Positions 20,601 to 28,224 of a DNA stretch of 33,439 nt are shown one piece after another; within the stretch, counting starts at the first letter, position 1; every line of letters begins with the position of its first letter. Origin of the DNA: Kiritimatiellia bacterium (lineage in GTDB: Bacteria > Verrucomicrobiota > Kiritimatiellia > RFP12 > UBA1067); contig JAFRJH010000202.1 in the NCBI GenBank assembly GCA_017432385.1, forward strand, positions 1-33,439, given 5' to 3'. The notes beneath the pieces are model-generated. The model saw only the letters and a list, made by a program, of their open reading frames with translations. It ran no database searches and was not told the origin of the DNA. The translations under genes and the position numbers were made by a program.

Positions 20601-23600
20601 CGTGCCGCGCGTCGGCGTCGGGCACATCCAGCGGCGCGTGCCCTCCCCTTCCGCCGCGTCGCCGACGATGATGGACCATCCTTCCGGGAGGTCGCTCGGC
20701 ACGACGACCGTGTCGACGACGTTCGAAATCTCGCCGCCCGGCGCGTAGTAGAGCCTCACGAACGGCGACTTCTTCGGGTTCACCTTGTCGCCCCACACGA
20801 GCACGCCCCTGAGGCTGTCCCCCATGACCATGGGCTTGCCGTCGAACGTGCCGTGCTCGAACGCGCTCACCGACCTGTCCTTGCTGTTCGAATAGCGCTC
20901 GGACGTGTAGAACACGGCGTGTCCATGCGGCTTGACGAGGAACCTCGGGAAGTTCCCCGCGCCGGCGGTGTCAGTCTTCTTGCCGCGATTCACGCGGATG
21001 AAGCGGTAGTCCGCGAGGTCGGCCCACTTGTCGGACGTGTTCTCGACCTCGACCCAGCCGGACTCGAGTCCGTTGACATCCATCCCCTCGAGTGCGCCGC
21101 GGTCAAGCGCGTCCGTCGGCTTTGGCATCACCTCGCTGATCCTGAGCATGCAGCTCGTGGCAATGTCCGCAGGGTCGACCTCCGGAGCCTCCTCCGGCAG
21201 CTCACGCACCTGGATGGCGCTCAACACGGTATAGACCGAGGAGACGAGCGAGAAAGTCTCCGTATCGCCGCCGGCAACAAACACGCCGACGAGCGAGCCG
21301 CCGTTCTCCCAGCCTTCGCCGTTCGCCCTCGCCGTGACGTCGCCCGGAGCCGTGAAGCGCGCACCCGCCGCAAACGAATCCTGCATGTTGAGTATCAGCT
21401 GCACGAGATACGTCTTCCCAGTCGAAAGCCCCTTCAGCGTCAGCGTCCGAGCGCCGGTCGAAGACGAAACCCAGCGGTGTCCGATCAGGTTCTGATACGG
21501 ATCAGCTGAATCCGAATTCATGTCGCGGTACATGTCGACGTCAAAGGAGAAGTTGACGTTGTTGTAGACCTCGCTCAGATTCTTATCCCCAAGTCCGGCG
21601 AACGGAACGGCGTTGACCGTGCCGGTACGGCGGGCGTACGCGTAGACGAGCGCGCCCGTTGTGCAGATCGTGTCTCCGCTCGCACTCATCGGCGTCGCCG
21701 TCCAACCGAGGCCCACCGGCGGAACCACGGGGTCATCCCCGCCGCCGCTCGTCGTCTGCACGACGGGATAGTCGGCGTCTGCGAACGTCTTCGCGCCAGA
21801 GACCGTGAAGACGACGGGATTGCCGCTTACAATCTCGTAGCCCGAGGCGGCGGAAAACGTAACCGTGACCTGCGTGTTCGACACGATCGAGTAGCTTCCG
21901 CCGACAGCTGCGACCGCAACGCCGTTCGTCGTCACCGACTGGAGCTGAAGCCCCGTCTTCTCTGGAATCGTCAGCATGCACACAGGCGTCGTCGGGTCGA
22001 CAGGATCGATCGGATCTTCGCCACCGCCGCCGCCACCTTCGCCGAGGTCGCGAACTTGGATTGCGTTAAGCGGCCTCATTCCAGACGACGCTGCGGAATA
22101 CGTGACGGTGAAGCTCGCCGTCGCGTCCGTGGCCGTGAATACGCCAACGATGGATCCGCCGTAGTTGTAGTTCACGCCGTCGTGCGTTCCGTGGATGTGC
22201 ACGGGCGTCGAGCCGTTGACCGAGACGAGCGTGCTGTTGGATGTCCTGTGAGAAACAAGCTGGACGAGATAGGTCCTGCCAGTTGTCAGCCCCTTTAGCG
22301 TAAGGGAGAACGAGAGCTCGCCGGACGCGGCGCCATTGTAACCCCAGTACCAGCCGCCCTCGAGCATGTGCCCGAAGTCGCCAGACACGCCCGCGTTCTG
22401 GAAGTCGCTGTTTACGCTCCCCGTGGGGGTGGGCGAAGCAGAAACCATAGCGGCACTGGTGAAATCAGAGGCCTTCGTGAAGGTCACGCCCCCAACCGTT
22501 CCGCCGCTGAACGAATAGGCATAGAGGAGCGTGCCGTCCGTGCGGATCGTGCTGCCGTCCGAAGCCATCGGCCCAGCGGTCCATCCGGCTTGCGGCGTCG
22601 GCCCTGGCTCCCCGCCACCGCCACCACCTTGGCTTGATGTCGCAATCGCGAAGGAGACGGACTTGGTCGCCGTCTTGTTCTTGTCGGTCGTGATCGTAAC
22701 AGTGCAGGTGTAGCTGCCGTCGGCGAGACCCGCAATCTGGAACGAGGCGGAAGCGCCGCTCTGGTTCGAAAGCGCCGTCACGGCGGAGGCGCCATTGAGC
22801 GAATAGGCAATAGAATAAGAGGACGCCGTAGCGCCCTCGTCATCCGTCCCCATCTCGATGTTGGAAAGCGAAATCGTCGCCGTGTCGTCGCTCGTGGTCG
22901 CCGAGGCCGTCCCGATCGACGGAGCGACGACCGTCGCCCCGCCGCCTTCGCCGCCACCGCCTTCGCCGCCACCGCCTTCACCGCCCGAGCCGCTACCTTC
23001 GCCGAGCTCGCGAAGCTGGATGGCCTTGACGAGGCATTTGCTGCCGGTGGTGGCGAACGTGACGGTCACGGTCTCCTGCGCGCCCGTCGCCTCGAACACG
23101 CGCGTGATGACGGCGCCGCACTTGTAGTCGTTCTGCTTGGTTGCCTCCAGCGGAGAGAGGTCGCCGGCGGAGATCGTGGTCGAGGAATTGTTCCAGTGGT
23201 TGGCGGCGAGAATCTGGACCAGGTACTTCTTCCCGGCCGTGAGCCCCTGGAGGGTGAAGGCAAGGTCCAGCGAGGAGTCGCTCTTCTCCCACACCCAGCC
23301 GCCGTTGAACACCGGGTTGTTCTCCGTCCAGCCCGCGCCGGTGTACGACGAGGGCGAGATCGTCGCCTGGTCCGAGCCCGGGAAGCCCGCGGAGAACGAG
23401 ACGCCGTTGACGGTGTGACCGGTGTAGCCGCGCGCGAAGACCTGCGTGCCGTCGCTGCGGAACGCCGAACCCGTCGCGTCCATCGGCGCGACCTTCCAGC
23501 CGACGGCGTCGGCCTGGGAGTCGACGAGGAACTTGACGCGCTTGACGGCGGATTTTACGATGCCGTCCGACGAAACCCAGACCGCGCAAGTGTGCCAGCC

Positions 23601-25295
23601 ATCGCCAAGGCCATTGAACTGAACCGAAGCCGACGAGCCGGTCTCCGTCGTGGAAAGCGCCACCTCGGCGCTTGCGTCGAGCTTGTAGGAGACCGTGAAG
23701 GACGATGCGGCCGCGCCGCTGGCGTCCGTGCCCTTCGCCACGCCGGAAAGCGCAATCGTCGCGTTCGTGCCGCTCACCTGCGCGGCGGCGGAGCCGATCG
23801 TCGGAAGCGCGACGGACGATGCGCCGGCCGTCGCCATGACGGACGAAATCGCGGGCGCGAGGATCTCCTCGTAGGCCTTGGTGGTCAGGTGGAGGAACTG
23901 GTCGGGATAGTCGCCGTTGCCCTGGAGGTACATCTCGCCCTTGTAGGTCCCGTCGGCGTTCATGAACTGGCTGCGCACGTCGACGAGGATGACGCGCTGT
24001 CCGTCGGCGAAGGTGCGGATGATCTCGTTCGCCGCCTGGTTGTTGGCGTAGTGCGCAGCGCCCTTCGCGCTGTTCTGCGCGTTCGTGTAGCCGTAGGGGA
24101 TGATCGGCATCAGGAGGACCTTCGACTCGGGATGCTTCTCGAGAACGAGGTCGAGCACCGCCCGCACGCCCGCGGCGATGTCAGCGGGATCCTCGCTCGG
24201 GTTCTTCCCGATGGTGTTGTTCGTGCCGATCAGCAGGTTGAAGAACTTCGTCGTGTAGCCGTCGATGCAGCCGCTCTTGAGGCGCCACAGCAGGTTCTCC
24301 ACGAAGTCTCCGGTCCGGCCGAGGTTCAGGACGTTGCCGCCTAGTCCGTTCATGGACGTGGCGCTATTCCCCTCCATCCACTTCTGCGTGAGGGAGTCGC
24401 CGAGGAGGACGATGTCGCAGCTTCTGCCGTTTTCGCCGATGAGCTTCACGTCGTCCTCGAACTTCCGCCAGAAGGCGTCCTGCAGGTCGGCGTTGGTCGC
24501 CGTCGGGAACGTCGTAATGCGGTCGATCTCGGGGCGCGCCGTCGCAACGAGGTCGGCGGGCATCGCGGAGCCGCTCGCCGCGGCGTTTACGTACGGCGAG
24601 ACCGCCTGGGCCCAGACTTCGTAGCCGGACGCGTTCAACGTGGCGCGGTCGGCGTTGAAGAGCGAGGTCTTCAGCGTGTGGTGGTCGGACTCGAGGAAGA
24701 GGTCCGACATGTCGACCCAGCTGCAGCCCTTCTTCTGAGCGTACGCGCGGACGTCGATGTTGAGGCGGTCGTTGCGCGGACGCAGCGGATCGGACTCGTC
24801 GAGCCCGCGGGGAAGCACCGCCTGCACGATGATCTTGGACGTGCCGAAATTCGTCAAGAGATAGTCGATGATCGCGCGGACGGCAAGGTAGGTCTTGCCC
24901 TCGGGCTCCTCTTTTTCGGTGTAGATCGCGGAGTTGTTGCCGCCGACCATGAGGAAGATAGCCTTGGGGCTGCCGAGCTCGCCGTTCTGGATGCGCCAGA
25001 GGACGTTCTCCGTGCAGTCGCCGTTGAAGCCAAGGTTGAACATCGCCTTGTCGCCGGCGAAGTGCGAGGCGAGCGAAGAAGCGCCCGTCGTCTCCCAGCC
25101 CTGCGTCAGCTCGTCGCCGATGAAGACGATGTCCTTCTTGACGGAGCTGTCCGAGAGCGCCGCGACCTTCTCGGCGTGGCGCGCCGTCCACCATGTGTCG
25201 AGGCGCGCGGCGGGCGTATTCGCGCGGAAGGCGGCGAAGGCGTTCAGTACGCCAAAGGCAACCAACAGAAAGAGGCTGTGCTTGATCGTATTCAT
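17622..25295 (-). CDS. 2557-aa secreted mosaic: two SGNH/GDSL domains, modules F-A-F-A-B-A, lamin-tail domain, CotH-kinase-like domain, further LTD-like domains, C-terminal domain
   Basis: Signal peptide and RBS GGAG. SGNH1 FIGDELTQGW/NLGFNGD/GGNN; SGNH2 LLGDSLT/GTNN/DQFLH. LTD LRISEVMP...WVEVENTS...DLADY. CotH RIDLRGNTS..TKKSH, NGQFYQL, WMPLGYDFNETFG. Ends CFYQIVVE. Confidence 0.85.
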   Translation of the reverse strand: MNTIKHSLFLLVAFGVLNAFAAFRANTPAARLDTWWTARHAEKVAALSDSSVKKDIVFIGDELTQGWETTGASSLASHFAGDKAMFNLGFNGDCTENVLWRIQNGELGSPKAIFLMVGGNNSAIYTEKEEPEGKTYLAVRAIIDYLLTNFGTSKIIVQAVLPRGLDESDPLRPRNDRLNIDVRAYAQKKGCSWVDMSDLFLESDHHTLKTSLFNADRATLNASGYEVWAQAVSPYVNAAASGSAMPADLVATARPEIDRITTFPTATNADLQDAFWRKFEDDVKLIGENGRSCDIVLLGDSLTQKWMEGNSATSMNGLGGNVLNLGRTGDFVENLLWRLKSGCIDGYTTKFFNLLIGTNNTIGKNPSEDPADIAAGVRAVLDLVLEKHPESKVLLMPIIPYGYTNAQNSAKGAAHYANNQAANEIIRTFADGQRVILVDVRSQFMNADGTYKGEMYLQGNGDYPDQFLHLTTKAYEEILAPAISSVMATAGASSVALPTIGSAAAQVSGTNATIALSGVAKGTDASGAAASSFTVSYKLDASAEVALSTTETGSSASVQFNGLGDGWHTCAVWVSSDGIVKSAVKRVKFLVDSQADAVGWKVAPMDATGSAFRSDGTQVFARGYTGHTVNGVSFSAGFPGSDQATISPSSYTGAGWTENNPVFNGGWVWEKSDSSLDLAFTLQGLTAGKKYLVQILAANHWNNSSTTISAGDLSPLEATKQNDYKCGAVITRVFEATGAQETVTVTFATTGSKCLVKAIQLRELGEGSGSGGEGGGGEGGGGEGGGATVVAPSIGTASATTSDDTATISLSNIEMGTDDEGATASSYSIAYSLNGASAVTALSNQSGASASFQIAGLADGSYTCTVTITTDKNKTATKSVSFAIATSSQGGGGGGEPGPTPQAGWTAGPMASDGSTIRTDGTLLYAYSFSGGTVGGVTFTKASDFTSAAMVSASPTPTGSVNSDFQNAGVSGDFGHMLEGGWYWGYNGAASGELSFSLTLKGLTTGRTYLVQLVSHRTSNSTLVSVNGSTPVHIHGTHDGVNYNYGGSIVGVFTATDATASFTVTYSAASSGMRPLNAIQVRDLGEGGGGGGEDPIDPVDPTTPVCMLTIPEKTGLQLQSVTTNGVAVAAVGGSYSIVSNTQVTVTFSAASGYEIVSGNPVVFTVSGAKTFADADYPVVQTTSGGGDDPVVPPVGLGWTATPMSASGDTICTTGALVYAYARRTGTVNAVPFAGLGDKNLSEVYNNVNFSFDVDMYRDMNSDSADPYQNLIGHRWVSSSTGARTLTLKGLSTGKTYLVQLILNMQDSFAAGARFTAPGDVTARANGEGWENGGSLVGVFVAGGDTETFSLVSSVYTVLSAIQVRELPEEAPEVDPADIATSCMLRISEVMPKPTDALDRGALEGMDVNGLESGWVEVENTSDKWADLADYRFIRVNRGKKTDTAGAGNFPRFLVKPHGHAVFYTSERYSNSKDRSVSAFEHGTFDGKPMVMGDSLRGVLVWGDKVNPKKSPFVRLYYAPGGEISNVVDTVVVPSDLPEGWSIIVGDAAEGEGTRRWMCPTPTRGTANSDTTGLRRIGPNVGPVYEKADKKKTDLASEFAAPVPPAVPGTDYAVVLPINPVMNPDGSSAPRAADAIASIKFVYRKDLDDATLVTNAVDMSTLDASDKNWGARYTATIPASYFPAAGHLRQWKVLVTDGEGVEWTSPSFNNKDDGYEWYGTIIEPGADLVSEHLPTWHMFADPQSVAQMDYDKDDKQHYTLANGARVAIYDASTSNYYDYVRIDLRGNTSANFTKKSHGLRFAKAHPLTMTDVVTGETIDGIRKTSLTSEYADPSKLRQMMAFWLWRRMGNNAPFHFPVRCNLNGQFYQLAFNTERFTDELIEDVYGLDKYGYGYKNVGTMKSGSGTLAGDIEKKTPDDEDESNITVLQNELRGPIYELGVQNVSGSTAAALSSEETDPTGLDNAPLTKFVVQKFDLPAWLNYLASARITQEMDDVWANICVYYDNPEMKEGARGTGTWMPLGYDFNETFGQFYRDAGLGQNGISSTDDWFKSHPLYGGHRIQCYTSSAMTTTMAAAAGRDYSNYGIESVLQSTKFRRLFLRRLRTLMDQELKEPGTAESDTPVMAKMREMVALMSADAAADSAKWPIDSSAQAIDVWPSSSRPATISAGVDDIWNNYVVPRREHLYVTHSVTNTAKAVGYGSRLNAGIPEAQSPIETLAPNITVDLSGLADGVVVISNGNNEVVDMSGWTLKTAVEWTLPAGTVCDAQDAIYVVADRRAYVAAHSDALTDQVIVGNATFSDTAVLQIFAPDGTTQVLTTEPDIGDSDQANLRFHTIYGSTLNGGGDLGEFIVITNVSASAVNLEGVEISCGKAGSVPKCKIVLGDVDLSAYGSLRLDQADYANVGWTKITNGSIAIKIIDKTGAVVQLGELTFGLCDARTDEGGYALQATRFDNETPLADSTDDWTAVFVEAAAPDAPVIGGEGVASPIVVGSDKVSITISNAASGHTYGYRKSTTLAGLKDATVVYFANPAAADGILTLEIPKAANEPSCFYQIVVE
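22942..22986. repeat. 15-bp tandem repeat x3 encoding a GGEGG linker
   Basis: ccgccttcgccgcca ccgccttcgccgcca ccgccttcaccgccc. Confidence 0.8.
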
Positions 25296-25327
25296 GAGGA
25301 CTCCACTGAGTTTCAGTTTGCGTCCCC

Positions 25328-25373
25328 ATTATATGGCAAAAGCCATCCTGCCGCAATCCCTACGAACGTAGGG
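25328..25373 (-). promoter_or_regulatory. Palindromic operator plus promoter P5
   Basis: CCCTAC-GAAC-GTAGGG at 25358-25373; TTGCGG (25356-25351), 17 nt, TATAAT (25333-25328). Confidence 0.85.
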
Positions 25374-25390
25374 GGCGAGCCTGCACATGA

Positions 25391-28219
25391 CTACAGCCCC
25401 TCGACGAGGAAGCTGAGGCTGTACTCGCCACTCCCGATCATGTTGTCGTCGTGAGGCTTCGCACCCCAGCTGTTGTCTCCGCCGACGCCCATCTGGACTG
25501 CGTCGACATTGACGGTGATCGAATCCCCCTCGGATATGGACCATTGGTGCTTGACCTTCTCCAGCGAGGACTGCGGATAGGGCCACGCGTTGAAGCAGAC
25601 TGGCGCGCCGAGCGCGGTAATCTTCACAGACCTTCCCTTTCCGTCGCCGAAGGATATCCAGCGGCAGTCCGTGCGGTAGCCCTGCTCGCCCGGCTCGATG
25701 TAGTTGTCGGGGTTGAGGCGGCGCTCCGGATAGTCGATGCGTCCGTTCTCCCGCGCGAGGCCGCCGACGAGCCCTACGGACGCCTTCCAGACACCGAGAA
25801 GCGCGGCAGTGCGGCGGTCGGAGTAGTTCTCCCAGGGACCCAGTCCGTACCATTCCACTTTCGCCATGTCCTTCGGAATCGTAAATGTGACGCCGATGCG
25901 CGGCACGGGTGAATGATTTTCGCCGATGACGACCTTGAGTTCCACGAGATAGCACTTCTCGGACCTCGAGACCTTGAAGTCAGCACTGCACCCTTCCGGG
26001 AGTTCCTGGGCCTCCGTCGCGTCCTTCCACTCCCTGCACTGTTTCGCCATGTCCCATCCTCGGTCGTTGTCGATCGGCGCGCGCCAGAAGTTCATCCTGA
26101 ACGGATGCTCCGCAACGACCTCTGCGGCAGGCACGGCGACGGGCTCGAACGGCTTCGCGAACTGGTCCATCGCCGCGACGTCGGCACGTCCGCCCACGTC
26201 TGGGTCGATTTCACCGCGCACGAACAGGAACGTGATTGCGTCTCCGTCCGGAACTCCGTGGAGTCTGATCTCCTTCGCGGTGTCGGGCTCGAAGCCCTTG
26301 ACGTCAAGATGCCCGCTCTTGACGAATTTGCCGCCTTTTCTGACAATCCAGTGCGCGCCGAGACTGTCGAGAGTCGAGAATCGGTAGGCGTTGTATATCT
26401 TGGCGGTCTTCGTCTTCCAGTCCCACGAATCGACATGGACAGGCTGATAGGCGTGCTTGACCTCGAATGCCCCAGGATGGTACGTGCGGTCAGAGGCGAG
26501 AATGCCGTTGCAGTTGAAATTGTCTCCGTGGGGCCTCTCGCCGAAGTCGCCCCCGTAGGCGAGCCACGTCCCGCGTCCGTCGGTCTTCCAGAGCGCCTGG
26601 TCGGCGAAGTCCCAGATGAAGCCGCCCTGCATGGACGGATGCCTCCTCACGAGGTCCCAGTAGTCCTGGATGTCTCCGCAGGAGTTGCCCATCGCGTGCA
26701 TATACTCGCAGAGCACATAGGGCTTCTTCGGATTCTTCTTGACGTAGCCCTCGACATGCCAGGGCCTCGCGTACATCGGGCACTTAACGTCGCTGTGGTC
26801 GGAATCCTGCGCGCCCTCGTACTGGACGGGACGCGTCGCGTCGACAGCTTTCATCGCCTCGTATTCATCCTTCATCGCCGGACCGTCCCCACTCTCGTTG
26901 CCGAGCGACCAGATGACCACAGACGGATGGTTGCGGAAAGTCTTGACCATGTTCACGCCTCGTTCGACTATGGCGTCGCGATAGAGGGGATTCTTGGGGA
27001 GCACACCCTCCGTCTCGCCGTGAAGGCGCGCGCCATGCGCCTCGACGTTCGCCTCGCAGACGACGTAGATGCCCTCGCGGTCGCAGAGCTCGTACCACGT
27101 CGGGTCGTTAGGATAGTGACATGTCCTGACCGCGTTGATGTTGAGGTCATGGAATATCTCGATGTCGCGCTTCATCCCCTCGAGCGTTACGGCGTAGCCG
27201 GTCGCCGGCTCCATCTCGTGGCGGTTGACGCCCATGAAGAGCGCCCTCTTCCCGTTGATGTAGATGACCGAGTCCCTGATCTCGACTTTGCGGAATCCGA
27301 AGGCGACGGGATAGACTGACCCTCCCGCCGCCACCGTCTCGTAGTACATGTTCGGCGACTCGGAGCTCCACAGCTTCGGGTTGTCGTACTTCTTCTCGAG
27401 AAGCGTCTTCCCCTCCGCGTCGCGCACGGCGAGCGTGCCCGTTCCGAAGTCGTCGGAGAGCTGCGCCTCCACGATGATGTCTTGCGGGGCGCCCCTGCCC
27501 TCTGCGACAAGCCACACGTCGCGGAAGATTCCCGAGAGGCGCCAGAAGTCCTGGTCCTCGAGGAACGTTCCGTCGCAGTGCTTGAGGACCTCGGCCTCGA
27601 GCGCGTTATCGCCGTCCTTCAGGAACGGCGTGACGTCGAACTCCGCCGGAAGGCGGCTGTCCTGGGAGTAGCCGACATCCTTGCCGTTGACGCGGAGGAA
27701 CAGCGCGGAAGACACGCCGCCGAAGTGGATGACGACGCGGCGTCCTTTCCAGTCGGCGGGCACGGTGAACGAGCGCTTGTAGAGTCCGACCGGATTGCGG
27801 AAGTGGTAGCTCGTGTATTCCTTCGGCGGCTCGACGTATGGATCGCCCTCGTTCCACCCGTGGACGGGATATATCGCGTTCGTGTAGAGGGCCGGGTCGT
27901 ACTTCCCCTGCAGCTGCCAGCAGCCGGGAACCGCGATCTTTCCCGTCTTCTCCCATTCCTTCGCGTAGAAGTCGTGCTTCCACCGGAAGTCCCATTCGCC
28001 GTTGAGCGACTGAAGCCACTTCGACGCAGTGCGCGGCACCTCCCCTTTCGCGACGGCGAGCGCCACTGCCTCAGACTCGCACGGCACGACGATCGACCGC
28101 GCGGGCAACCGGTTGATCTGCGTTACGTTTGGATCGCGCCAGACCTCCTTGGCTCCCTGAGCCGCCGCTAGCGAGAACGCAAGCGGCAAGGACAGGGCCA
28201 ATACCAGCCATGTTCCCAT
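25391..28219 (-). CDS. GH2 beta-galactosidase (LacZ-like)
   Basis: SLNGEWDF, HFGGVSS, SQDSRLPAEFD, EDQDFWRLSGIFRDV, GVNRHE, NAVRTCHYP, NHPSVVIWSLGNE (acid/base), CEYMHAMGNS (nucleophile), GGFIWDFADQ, QMGVGGDNSWG. Start ATG 28219 with RBS GAGGGG just after the upstream stop. Confidence 0.93.
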   Translation of the reverse strand: MGTWLVLALSLPLAFSLAAAQGAKEVWRDPNVTQINRLPARSIVVPCESEAVALAVAKGEVPRTASKWLQSLNGEWDFRWKHDFYAKEWEKTGKIAVPGCWQLQGKYDPALYTNAIYPVHGWNEGDPYVEPPKEYTSYHFRNPVGLYKRSFTVPADWKGRRVVIHFGGVSSALFLRVNGKDVGYSQDSRLPAEFDVTPFLKDGDNALEAEVLKHCDGTFLEDQDFWRLSGIFRDVWLVAEGRGAPQDIIVEAQLSDDFGTGTLAVRDAEGKTLLEKKYDNPKLWSSESPNMYYETVAAGGSVYPVAFGFRKVEIRDSVIYINGKRALFMGVNRHEMEPATGYAVTLEGMKRDIEIFHDLNINAVRTCHYPNDPTWYELCDREGIYVVCEANVEAHGARLHGETEGVLPKNPLYRDAIVERGVNMVKTFRNHPSVVIWSLGNESGDGPAMKDEYEAMKAVDATRPVQYEGAQDSDHSDVKCPMYARPWHVEGYVKKNPKKPYVLCEYMHAMGNSCGDIQDYWDLVRRHPSMQGGFIWDFADQALWKTDGRGTWLAYGGDFGERPHGDNFNCNGILASDRTYHPGAFEVKHAYQPVHVDSWDWKTKTAKIYNAYRFSTLDSLGAHWIVRKGGKFVKSGHLDVKGFEPDTAKEIRLHGVPDGDAITFLFVRGEIDPDVGGRADVAAMDQFAKPFEPVAVPAAEVVAEHPFRMNFWRAPIDNDRGWDMAKQCREWKDATEAQELPEGCSADFKVSRSEKCYLVELKVVIGENHSPVPRIGVTFTIPKDMAKVEWYGLGPWENYSDRRTAALLGVWKASVGLVGGLARENGRIDYPERRLNPDNYIEPGEQGYRTDCRWISFGDGKGRSVKITALGAPVCFNAWPYPQSSLEKVKHQWSISEGDSITVNVDAVQMGVGGDNSWGAKPHDDNMIGSGEYSLSFLVEGL

Positions 28220-28224
28220 ACCCC

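Noticed and set aside
22942-22986. 15-bp tandem repeat as a CRISPR array or phase-variation tract
   Set aside because: No spacers; unit length is a multiple of 3 and encodes a Gly-rich linker, so slippage would only change linker length.
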